Source of the DNA: an uncultured Phycisphaerales bacterium
Lineage (GTDB): Bacteria; Planctomycetota; Phycisphaerae; Sedimentisphaerales; Anaerobacaceae
Assembly: GCA_963772725.1 (NCBI GenBank)
Contig: CAVYYI010000003.1
Coordinates: 480,001 to 544,000 of the forward strand
Length of the DNA stretch: 64,000 nt
Reading direction: 5' to 3'
The notes beneath the pieces were generated by a model that was not told where the DNA came from, did not search any database, and saw nothing but the letters and a program-made list of their open reading frames with translations. Shown here piece by piece: positions 31,721 to 40,760 of this stretch (position 1 is its first letter; each line of letters starts with the position of its first letter). The translations under genes and the position numbers were made by a program.

Positions 31721-32275
31721 ATGATAAAGAAAGTATTAGTTCCTATCGCCAACGGCACGGAAGAACTCGAAGCGGTCAGTATTATCGACTGCCTCAGAAG
31801 AGCCGGCGCGGATGTAACCGTGGCTTCGGTAAGCGAAAAAAAGCAGATTATCGCCAGCAGAAAAACGTTGCTGACAGCGGATAAACTCATCCGCTATTGT
31901 GTTAATGAAAAGTACGATTTAATAGCCTTACCCGGCGGTATGCCTGGCGCCGAACATCTGCGTGACAGCCGCGAACTGACCGAAATGCTCAAAGAACAAT
32001 TCGAATCAGGCAGGCTTTACGCCGCCATCTGTGCTTCTCCAGCGGTTGTATTACAGCCTCAGGGTCTGCTCAAAGGCCGCAAAGCCACCTGTCATCCGGC
32101 TTTTGTTTCTAAACTTGATAACAAAGATTCCGCTGGTGAGAAAGTCGTTGTGGACAGTACCTGTATCACCAGTCAGGGAGCGGGAACAGCGCTGCCTTTT
32201 AGTCTCAAGCTCGTGGAAATTCTTTTTGGTGCAGAAAAAGCGAAAGAAGTCGCTGCCGCCATGGTCACGGACTGA
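31721..32275 (+). CDS. DJ-1/ThiJ/YajL family protein
   Basis: GTEELEA, LPGGMPGA, AICASP and TSQGAGT. Confidence 0.92.
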   Translation: MIKKVLVPIANGTEELEAVSIIDCLRRAGADVTVASVSEKKQIIASRKTLLTADKLIRYCVNEKYDLIALPGGMPGAEHLRDSRELTEMLKEQFESGRLYAAICASPAVVLQPQGLLKGRKATCHPAFVSKLDNKDSAGEKVVVDSTCITSQGAGTALPFSLKLVEILFGAEKAKEVAAAMVTD

Positions 32276-32316
32276 AAAAATGTGAAGAGTCGTTTATGAA
32301 GCGTGAAGCGGTTTTT

Positions 32317-32345
32317 CGAGATACGCTTCACGAAATACGAGATAC
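32317..32345. repeat. Dispersed 7-bp-period intergenic repeat, copy 1
   Basis: CGAGATACGCTTCACGAAATACGAGATAC matches 37770-37798 at 28 of 29 positions. Confidence 0.75.
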
Positions 32346-32371
32346 AAACACCTCTGCGGTGAAAATACGGA

Positions 32372-33694
32372 TTAATTTGTTTTTGGGGTTTGTGTAATTT
32401 GCCTGGTCAGCTCTGCCAGCAAAGAACGCATTTGGGGGTCGGAACTTTCGGCATCACCAATCTTATTGCAGGCGTGCATGACTGTCGTGTGGTCTCTGCC
32501 GCCAAGGTGTCCGCCAATTTCTTCAAGACTGTGCTTAGTCAGGTTTCTCGCCAGGTACATACAAATCTGCCGCGGCTCAGTAACGCTCTGGCTGCGTTTC
32601 TTGCTCTGCAGGTCCGCTAATCGCACACCAAAATGTGTTGTTACGACGTTTATAATGTCGGAAATGCTTATATGCTTAGTCGCCGCCTCAATCTGACCCT
32701 CAAGAGCGATTTGAGCAAGTTCCAGTGTAATATCCTTCTTCGTTGTCGTGGCGACGGCGTATATTGTTGTCAGTGCGCCTTCCAGCTCACGGATATTAGC
32801 CTGCACCTTGCGGGCGATATATTCGGCTACCTCGTTTGAGACGCTCAATCCCCGGAGGTGTGCTTTTTTCCGCACTATTGCCACTCTCGTATCGTGGTCA
32901 GGCGGGTCAATCCGCGTAACAAGACCCCAACTGAATCTGCTGATTAGCCTGTCTTCGAGGGAAGGGATTTCCGCCGGCGAGCGGTCTGCGCTTAAAATTA
33001 TTTGCCTGCCATTATTATAGAGAGCGTTAAAAGTATGAAAAAACTCTTCCTGGCTCTGTTCTCGCTCGCGCAAGAACTGTATGTCGTCTATCACAAGCAT
33101 ATCCACGGTGCGAAACTGGTTTTGAAAGCCGGAAAGGTTACCCTGCTCAATAGCGCGTATGAAACGTGTAACAAAATTTTCACAGCTTAAAAACTGAATC
33201 ACCGCTTTTTCGGAACGTTTTTTCATTTCGCTGCAAACAGCCTGGAGAAGATGCGTTTTGCCCAGTCCGGAATTGCCGTAAATAAAAAGCGGGTTGTAGG
33301 TGTTGCCCGGCGACTGACTAACCGCCACACAGCTTGCGTTGGCCAGGCGATTGCTCGGACCAACCACGAAATTATCGAAAGTATAGTCTGGGTGAAGTTT
33401 CAGCACCGGCTCAAGAGCTTCGCCGCGATTAGGAGTGATTTTGCCGGTACCGACTACAAAATCCATACTTACAAGATGCCCGGTTACCTGCTGGGCCGCA
33501 CGGGTGAAAGCGTTTTTGCAGTTATCTCGAAGAAATTGCGCCGTTGCCTCATCAGGGCAGCCGATACGAAGCGAACCGCCGTCAAGATAGATAAGCGTAA
33601 GCTCCTCAAACCATTTGCGCGTATTGACCGGATCGAGCGTTTTTGCACGTTCGACTACGTCAGCGAAAATATTTTCGATTTCGCGAACCGCCAA
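32372..33694 (-). CDS. dnaA: Chromosomal replication initiator DnaA
   Basis: YTFDNFVVGPSN, YNPLFIYGNSGLGKTHLL, DDIQF, QEEFFHTFN, NIRELEGAL and GGRDHTTVMHA. Confidence 0.97.
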   Translation of the reverse strand: MAVREIENIFADVVERAKTLDPVNTRKWFEELTLIYLDGGSLRIGCPDEATAQFLRDNCKNAFTRAAQQVTGHLVSMDFVVGTGKITPNRGEALEPVLKLHPDYTFDNFVVGPSNRLANASCVAVSQSPGNTYNPLFIYGNSGLGKTHLLQAVCSEMKKRSEKAVIQFLSCENFVTRFIRAIEQGNLSGFQNQFRTVDMLVIDDIQFLREREQSQEEFFHTFNALYNNGRQIILSADRSPAEIPSLEDRLISRFSWGLVTRIDPPDHDTRVAIVRKKAHLRGLSVSNEVAEYIARKVQANIRELEGALTTIYAVATTTKKDITLELAQIALEGQIEAATKHISISDIINVVTTHFGVRLADLQSKKRSQSVTEPRQICMYLARNLTKHSLEEIGGHLGGRDHTTVMHACNKIGDAESSDPQMRSLLAELTRQITQTPKTN

Positions 33695-33949
33695 AATAAA
33701 ATCCTCCCTGAATAATTGCCCTATCTAAACTATTGATAAAAAAACAAAACGTCCTTGCTTCTGTAAATCTCAAAGAAACCGTCCTCTTACATTCGCTCCG
33801 GGTATTTTTAGTACCGACGCGGTGTCGAGAAATCTAACCTTCTTTTTTTGTTTTGTCAAAGAAAATCATCCGCATATCAGGGAATAAGATTAAAAAATTC
33901 AAACATAGGGTATCTTTGTGTGATAATTCAAACCTTTTTAGCATCTATA

Positions 33950-34559
33950 CTAAAGTATAGCCGCTATTGTATTGCTTGGCAGGCTTTGCCCTGCTGTATT
34001 AACCGCCTTTACCCGATATTCGAGGTTTATCCCCTTCGACTGATTTGAAAGAGTGATTTGGGTCTTATATGAGGCTGCTGATTAAAAGCCATTGACTTAA
34101 TTGGCTGTTTGTCTGGTTTTGACGCCTCTCGATAATATAGTTTCTTACGATGCCGGTTAAGGGCCTGTCCCATTTTAACTGTACGGCTGTTTCTTTTATA
34201 GTCCCGATTCTTAAATTCAGCGGCTGAGAGGGAATCCCGGCAGGCGAAGAATTCGATTTAACTCCCCAGCCGATAAACGATAATTTTTCCGGATTATTTC
34301 TCGTATCGACCTCGGATAGCCTCAGGTCTTTTTTCATTATTTCGCAAAGCTCAGTAAATCGCTTTTCCTTTCTCACCGCTTCAAGATGCGCCTTTGTCTT
34401 TTTATTAAACATCGTATTTCTCGCCGTAACGTAATCACGGTAGCGGAAGAATAGATTCATTTTATTAATGCTCGGAAAATCTTCCCCATAGGTGAAATAG
34501 GCGTTTATCATTCTTGCTGCCAGATGAAAAATATCAGCTTGTCTTGTCGGAAAAATCAT
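33950..34559 (-). CDS. Helical + fibronectin type III domain protein, paralogue 2 (frame change near 34075)
   Basis: PSQPLNL, LKWDRP and VRNYIIERR. The continuation frame reads SYKTQITLSNQSKGINLEYRVKAVNTAGQSLPSNTIAAIL to stop 33950. Confidence 0.8.
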
Positions 34560-34740
34560 ATTTCGTCGCTCGTTTCTCGTCTCTCGTCGCTCGCACAATA
34601 GTTTTTAGTTTTAAGTTATAAGTTTTTATTATTGCTCCCCCGCAGTTTCCCGCAGGGGTTTTTGAATAAGCCACAGAGTTCACGGAGAACACAGAGAAAT
34701 ATATTTAAACAGTGTAAATCTGTGTCTTTTTCGTTTTAAC

Positions 34741-35357
34741 TCAGGGTAACACAACACTAACACTGTTGCTCGGCATGCTTTCCCCCGAAATATTCGCAGC
34801 TTTAACGCGATATTCGAGACGGACGTTTTCCGGCTGTTCGATAAGGTTTATTTCGCAGTTGTAGGAAGTACCGGCGAAAATCCATTCACTGAATTCGCCG
34901 CCCTGCGCCTGCTGGCGTCTTTCGACGGTGTAATTTCGCACGGCACCGCCTGTTTCCGGTCTTAGCCATTTAAGACCGATTGAACCCAGTGATTCGAATA
35001 CGGGGTGAAGTTCGGTCGGTGAGCTGGGGGCTAAGATTGGCTGAGGCTGTTGCCTGGGGCCCAGCCTATTTCGACGAGTTTCTCCGGGTCGGATGTTACA
35101 TCGACCTCGGAGACCTTCAAATCGTTTTTCATCAGCGAAACAAGCTCATCGAGTTTTTCATCCTTTGTCGCCGTCGCAATCTGAGCCTGACCGTCGGCGT
35201 TTTCCTGTGTTTGCTTTTGATTCTTGTACGCGGTCAGAGCGGTCGTTAAATCGGCGACGGTAACGGAAGGAAAATCTGCTCCGTGCGCGGTGTAACCGGC
35301 GACCATTTGCTCAGCGAGAGCGACAACATCGTTTTCTTTTGTTGGAAACTTTGGCAT
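34741..35357 (-). CDS. Helical + fibronectin type III domain protein, paralogue 1 (frame change near 35050)
   Basis: AAGGAGG RBS. MPKFPTKE...DPEKLVEIGW joins LKWLRP...VRNYTVERR...LEYRVKAANISGESMPSNSVSVVLP. Confidence 0.82.
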
Positions 35358-36070
35358 TTTTATGCCTCCTTAAATAAGAGTTAGTAAATATTTACTTGCA
35401 TTTCACTATGAAACGCAAGATAGCCTTTAGCGTATTGCGTAGGGCGTATAGTTATTTCCGAATTTTTCACCACGAATGGACACGGTTGTCCTTTATCGTC
35501 GTGCGTCGTTCGTGAAGCGTGATGTGTCGAATACAGAAAAATCAAATAACGCAAATACGCAATACTCACGACGCAAAACGGATTAATCGGAAATCCAAAA
35601 TTATTTCTGCCCCCAAAGGATGCCAATCAAGTCTGTTTTATAATCTATTTATCAATTTATTCTAATACTTCTTTATCCCCATCTTATTTTAATAAATGCC
35701 TAATCGGAAAAGGAAAGAGGCATCTTTAATAAAAAATGAAAAAAATAAAAAATTTTTAATTAACCACGAATTAACACAGAAAAACGCAGATTATGAAAAA
35801 ATAAGGTATTGCGGCTTGCCTATTTTAACATTTTTCGTAAAAATTAAAGATTTTTTAAAAAATTGTAATATTTATGCCACATTTTATTAAAGAAATACGC
35901 CTTTACTAAGGAGGGGGTGTTATGCGCAAATTTTCCAAGTAAATTAAGTTATAGGAAATATTAAAATATTCAGAATATTTTTGTTGATAATAACCATGAC
36001 TGAATTATACTCTTGAAAAAAGCGGATATGGAAAAAAACTTTAAGGCGGGATTTTCTAAGGAGTAAGGTC

Positions 36071-37726
36071 ATGTTCATAAAAAGAATCTCAATCGCGTCG
36101 GCGGTGTTTGGCCTGCTATTAATCCAGTTAAACACAAACGGATTTGCGGATACAACAGAGCAGTTCAAGCAGGCATCTGCCTGTATCAAGAACAAGAACT
36201 ACCAAAAAGCTGAACAAATATATCTGGCCATTGAGGCTAATTGTCCAGATGGCAACGATGCTATCAAGGCACAGAAGGAATTGGTAATTGTCTATATCTC
36301 AATCAAAGATGAAGCAAAGGCACAATCAGCATACAATAAATTAACCGCTGATTTCAATGAGCATCCGCGTTTACCATCGGTGCTTTACCCGATTGCAGGG
36401 AAATATGAATCGTATGGGGTAAGAAAATATGAAAAGGCAACTGATGTCTATCAGTATATAATACAAAAGTATCCTGCTAGCCCTGCGGCCCAAAAGGCGC
36501 GGTTTGATATTCCCAAGGTAAACGTTCTATCTCTTATAAATGAAAACAAAGACACAGAAGCTCAATCGGCTGTTGACGGCTTAATCACTGATTTTAATGA
36601 TTATCCGCTGTTGCAGCCAACCCTTTACAATATTGCGCAAGGCTATGAAAGGGCCAAGAAATATGAACTGGCAAAAGGTATTTACCAGAAAATAGTTCAG
36701 CATTATCCTACAAATACCTACGCTGATAAATCTAAACTCAATATCGATAAGATTGACGGCATATTGCTTATTCAGGAAAAGGATACTGCACAGGCGGATT
36801 TATCGGTAAATAAACTCATTTCCGATTACAATAACAATGCCGATTTGCCTGCGATGCTGTATCAGGTCGCTATCCAATATGGCAAGAACAGGGAATTCGA
36901 TAAGGCAAAAACGCTTTATGCAAAACTTATTGCGGATTATCCCGGCTCAACTGTTGCGGCATCATCGAAACGGCAACTCGTAAGTCTGGGCGTAATCTTC
37001 AAGGATGCAAACGAGGTACAGCACGCCTTTACAAGCCTGATGGCTGATATTAACGATGGTAACGGTGTATCAAAGCAGATTTTCGCTGTCGGTGAACAGT
37101 ATTATCTCAGGGCGCAAAGCTGTGAGAAGAGAGGCGATGCAAACGGCACAAAGACAAATTTCGCAAAGGCTGCGCAGATTTGGGAAGAGATAATCAAAAG
37201 GCCTGTAAAATCCATTATCACTGCCGACGCGTATTATTTCGGGGCGTATTGCTATCTGCGGATTGGGGAATATGACAAGGCCATCGCATACTGGCAGAAA
37301 ATCGTTGCCGATTATCCTGATTATCAATACGCATGGCATGCGCAGCAACGAATCGGCAACTGTTACACAACAATGGCTAATAAGGGACTCATCACAGAAG
37401 AGCAGGCAAAGGCCGGATTCGAGGATGCGTATAAACAGCTTCTTGAAAAATATCCCGATTGTACGGCGGCCAAAAGGGTTTCCGGTACGCTTGCCTCGCT
37501 CAATTTCAAAAACGGCCTATGGGAAAACGCGGCCAAGTATTTTGAGGTGCATCTGGAATATTTCAAGGATGAACCACGACCTACGGATGTTGTTCTAAGG
37601 CTCGCTCAATGTTATGAAAAGCTGGGCAATATTGAAATGGCGGGAAAATATTACAGCGAGTATATCCAATTAGCCAACCTTGATGAGGCAGACATAAGAG
37701 CGATGGAGCAGAGACTATCTAAATAA
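36071..37726 (+). CDS. Exported tetratricopeptide-repeat protein
   Basis: AGGAG RBS; signal peptide; repeated YxxAxxxYQxIxxxYPxS units. Confidence 0.88.
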   Translation: MFIKRISIASAVFGLLLIQLNTNGFADTTEQFKQASACIKNKNYQKAEQIYLAIEANCPDGNDAIKAQKELVIVYISIKDEAKAQSAYNKLTADFNEHPRLPSVLYPIAGKYESYGVRKYEKATDVYQYIIQKYPASPAAQKARFDIPKVNVLSLINENKDTEAQSAVDGLITDFNDYPLLQPTLYNIAQGYERAKKYELAKGIYQKIVQHYPTNTYADKSKLNIDKIDGILLIQEKDTAQADLSVNKLISDYNNNADLPAMLYQVAIQYGKNREFDKAKTLYAKLIADYPGSTVAASSKRQLVSLGVIFKDANEVQHAFTSLMADINDGNGVSKQIFAVGEQYYLRAQSCEKRGDANGTKTNFAKAAQIWEEIIKRPVKSIITADAYYFGAYCYLRIGEYDKAIAYWQKIVADYPDYQYAWHAQQRIGNCYTTMANKGLITEEQAKAGFEDAYKQLLEKYPDCTAAKRVSGTLASLNFKNGLWENAAKYFEVHLEYFKDEPRPTDVVLRLAQCYEKLGNIEMAGKYYSEYIQLANLDEADIRAMEQRLSK

Positions 37727-37769
37727 CTTATAGCGTAGAGCGTACAGCGTTTAGCGTAAAGTTATTTTA

Positions 37770-37798
37770 CGAGATACGCTTCACGAGATACGAGATAC
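37770..37798. repeat. Dispersed 7-bp-period intergenic repeat, copy 2
   Basis: CGAGATACGCTTCACGAGATACGAGATAC, preceded by TAGCGTA/GAGCGTA/CAGCGTT/TAGCGTA heptamers. Confidence 0.75.
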
Positions 37799-37820
37799 GA
37801 AATAAAATGGAGAAAATGCT

Positions 37821-39365
37821 ATGGAAAGAATAAAGTTTAAAACTGTAACCGGCATTATGATTTGTCTTTTGTTATTAAGTATTAATCAAAAATCTGTTAT
37901 CGCATGTCTGCCCGACCCGCCAGAATGTTATACTGATTACGAATGCAACGGTGCTCTCCTTGAATGCATGTCCTGCGTATTTGGTGAATGTGTTAGTGAT
38001 AATTCCAAATGTACAGGTGACTGCGATGAATGTTTCGGCGGTTTATGTGTGGAGACAAGTCCCGACCCTTGTCCCGGCTGTCAGACCTGCGACGGCACAA
38101 ACTGTCAGGACGATAATTCAAAATGTACAGGGCTTTGTGAGATGTGTAGCGGCGGAGCTTGCGTAACCGACCCTGCTATATGCACCGGCGAATGCGAAAC
38201 ATGCGAGGGCGATATCTGTGTGGACGATGATACAAAATGCACAGGTGAATGCAAGGTATGCAACAGCGGCACGTGCGAGGATGACGATACTTTATGCCCC
38301 GGCGATTGCGATGAATGTTCCGGCGGTTCATGTGTACCGACAAGTCCCGACCCTTGTCCGGGATGCAAAAGCTGCGACGGCACAAACTGTCAGGACGATA
38401 ACACTAAATGTACTATTTGTCAGACATGCAGCAATGGCACGTGTGTACCCAAGACAAATACCTGCGATAACTGCAATAATCACGGCGCTTCCTGTGCCAA
38501 GACTCCCGGAACATATTGCGTCGGCGATGCAATTACAGCAGGCACTATTACGGCACCTGCAGATAACTCGAACGTTGATTCGGGCGATACAATTGAATTG
38601 ACGGCTACCGCCGGCAGCGATTCGGATTGTTATTATTATACAAGTGCTGATGGCTGCTTTACATGCTCCGATAGTGAAGATGATACAATAGATGATGATA
38701 TATCTTGGAGTGCGGTTTTTGAAGGGACTACTGACCCTGCGGGTTCTTTTCCTTCAGGTGATTGGGGAGAATCAGCTCAGTGGGAAGCACCAAAAGTTTG
38801 TGAAGATAGAAATGTGGTGATTACTGCGACATGGAATGACCCCGGGTCTATGTATCCTTATGACTCTTCTGTTTCTCATGCTCATACGGTAAATATCGTA
38901 GCAGATACTTCACCCGGAAATTGGACAAAATTATATGCCGGTTTTAATTGTCCTGCCACTAATTGCAATAGTATTAACGGCGACCCTAAGGAAGTACCCG
39001 ATGAATGTAATAACAAAGTGTCAATATCATGCGGTCCTCAGTGTTATTACATTTATTTTTATAATAGTTCTAATGCTGGTTCGTGTATTTGGCATAATGG
39101 TTTAAATGCTTGGCAATACAGAAAAACTTCAGGTTCAGGCAAGAAACGGTTCCATTCTACTAGACATGCTACACAGCACAATTGTAATAATAACCCACAA
39201 ACATGTGGGGAAGGATGTGCTGGCTATTACTGTTGGAAAATAACATATTGGGATTGTTTAAATGACCAGATAGATGGTTCGCCTGAATGGCGTAAAAGTA
39301 CAACTGATCCAACTGAGGATGAGTTATTTACTTCTGGTACAAGCCATACGTGCGCAGGCCCATAA
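37821..39365 (+). CDS. Exported cysteine-rich repeat protein
   Basis: Signal peptide; nine ~19-aa four-Cys units; Ig/PKD-like middle; Cys-containing C-terminal domain. 59 Cys by hand count. Confidence 0.85.
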   Translation: MERIKFKTVTGIMICLLLLSINQKSVIACLPDPPECYTDYECNGALLECMSCVFGECVSDNSKCTGDCDECFGGLCVETSPDPCPGCQTCDGTNCQDDNSKCTGLCEMCSGGACVTDPAICTGECETCEGDICVDDDTKCTGECKVCNSGTCEDDDTLCPGDCDECSGGSCVPTSPDPCPGCKSCDGTNCQDDNTKCTICQTCSNGTCVPKTNTCDNCNNHGASCAKTPGTYCVGDAITAGTITAPADNSNVDSGDTIELTATAGSDSDCYYYTSADGCFTCSDSEDDTIDDDISWSAVFEGTTDPAGSFPSGDWGESAQWEAPKVCEDRNVVITATWNDPGSMYPYDSSVSHAHTVNIVADTSPGNWTKLYAGFNCPATNCNSINGDPKEVPDECNNKVSISCGPQCYYIYFYNSSNAGSCIWHNGLNAWQYRKTSGSGKKRFHSTRHATQHNCNNNPQTCGEGCAGYYCWKITYWDCLNDQIDGSPEWRKSTTDPTEDELFTSGTSHTCAGP

Positions 39366-39419
39366 TTAAACCAATAAATAACAAATATAAGAATGAACAA
39401 AAAATTAAGGAGTTAAATT

Positions 39420-40727
39420 ATGTTACGAAATCACAATTCATTATTTTATAATATGTTTATTTGTATAATTATTTTTTCTTCGCGTCTTTGCGTTGGTAAT
39501 AATCTCGGACAAGAGGGCTATGAAAACAAGGCTATAGGTGGAATTGTAACTACCCAATATCAGTTTAAAGGCGTAGCATCGGGTGGTATATTAACAATTG
39601 CAGAGACGTTTAACCGAAATGCTAGGTTTATTTCTATTGAGACCCAAGCCGGAGAATCAGCAGAATCAGTTGCTAAAAGATTTGCAGACACGATTAATCG
39701 TTTCGATCCGTTTGAATGGGGGATAACCCTTGATAATACCCCAGTTAGCAGTTCTGCGGCAGTTTTGAAGGGTTTACTTGGGAATAAGACTAGTTATATG
39801 TTTACTGGTTCTGAAATAGGACTAGGTATTCCTGAACCTCCTACTTCAGTTAGCTGTTCTTATGACCAAGATAAAAATCAGATAATAGTAAACTGGCTCA
39901 ATATGCGTAGCGGATATGATTATATTGCAATTCTAATGAACTGGCATAATTATGATCGAGCAGGTGGCGGGAGAGTGTCAGGCCAATTAACAAATTTTAC
40001 TATTGCAAGAAATAGCTATCAACAGCCGATAGATTTAAATGACTTAGATGTTTGGGTTATTGGTGTTAAAGATGGCTTACCATCGAATGCGGGTGCTGTT
40101 CACATAGGCAATAACGGCAAAACTCAGGAAGAACGTTACGGGATTCCCTTTAAGAATGATGTTGTACCCAACTGGCAAAAATGGTCTTACGGGGCAGTTT
40201 CAAATGGAAAACATATTTTATCTTGTACAGATGAAATTCTTACTGTTGTAAAGGGTAAAAGCTATAATTCGATTAAAACTGCTGACTCCAAACCATTTAA
40301 GCAAGTTCTAAAAACTCTTGGTAATGATGGTTCATTGGGTATTTGGCGAAAATTCCTGGGACTTGTTCCGGGGCATACTTACAGAATAACTGCACGGCTT
40401 AATACTCTGACAATGGACCCGAATAATCCTAACTGGTCATTTTCCTTACATGCCGTACCGGATGATCCAAAGGGCACAATTCCGACTGCTCAACAATTTG
40501 CAGGTTTAGAATCTATGCCTAATGGAAGCAAAGGATTTGATGTGGGCAAAGTCGTTAAATATGAAGGGAAAGCAACAACGAAGAATAAGTTTGAAGAAAG
40601 TTCGGCTGATATTACTTTGCCGGAAAATGTTACAAGTATTACGGTATGGCTAAGACTTACAGGTAAAGATACAGGTGAGGTATCTTTTGACTGGATAAAA
40701 CTTGAAGATATTACGCCGGAGAAATAG
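39420..40727 (+). CDS. Exported hypothetical protein with Fn3-like and jelly-roll/CBM-like segments
   Basis: AGGAG RBS; hydrophobic N-terminus; PEPPTSVSC...IVNW; GLVPGHTYRITARL...VSFDWIKLEDI. Confidence 0.72.
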   Translation: MLRNHNSLFYNMFICIIIFSSRLCVGNNLGQEGYENKAIGGIVTTQYQFKGVASGGILTIAETFNRNARFISIETQAGESAESVAKRFADTINRFDPFEWGITLDNTPVSSSAAVLKGLLGNKTSYMFTGSEIGLGIPEPPTSVSCSYDQDKNQIIVNWLNMRSGYDYIAILMNWHNYDRAGGGRVSGQLTNFTIARNSYQQPIDLNDLDVWVIGVKDGLPSNAGAVHIGNNGKTQEERYGIPFKNDVVPNWQKWSYGAVSNGKHILSCTDEILTVVKGKSYNSIKTADSKPFKQVLKTLGNDGSLGIWRKFLGLVPGHTYRITARLNTLTMDPNNPNWSFSLHAVPDDPKGTIPTAQQFAGLESMPNGSKGFDVGKVVKYEGKATTKNKFEESSADITLPENVTSITVWLRLTGKDTGEVSFDWIKLEDITPEK

Positions 40728-40760
40728 TTTTAGGCATTTAATTTTTAGGAGAATTTTATT

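Noticed and set aside
33695..33949. oriC next to dnaA
   Set aside because: No cluster of TTATCCACA boxes seen and no dnaN adjacent. This may be a second dnaA copy away from the origin.
38054..38401. DGR template/variable repeat pair
   Set aside because: In-frame internal duplication; differences are not confined to adenines of one copy; no reverse transcriptase in the window.
37821..39365. Multiheme cytochrome, ferredoxin or RiPP precursor
   Set aside because: No CxxCH motifs; signal peptide and DsbA neighbour favour disulfides; no radical SAM or other modifying enzyme nearby.
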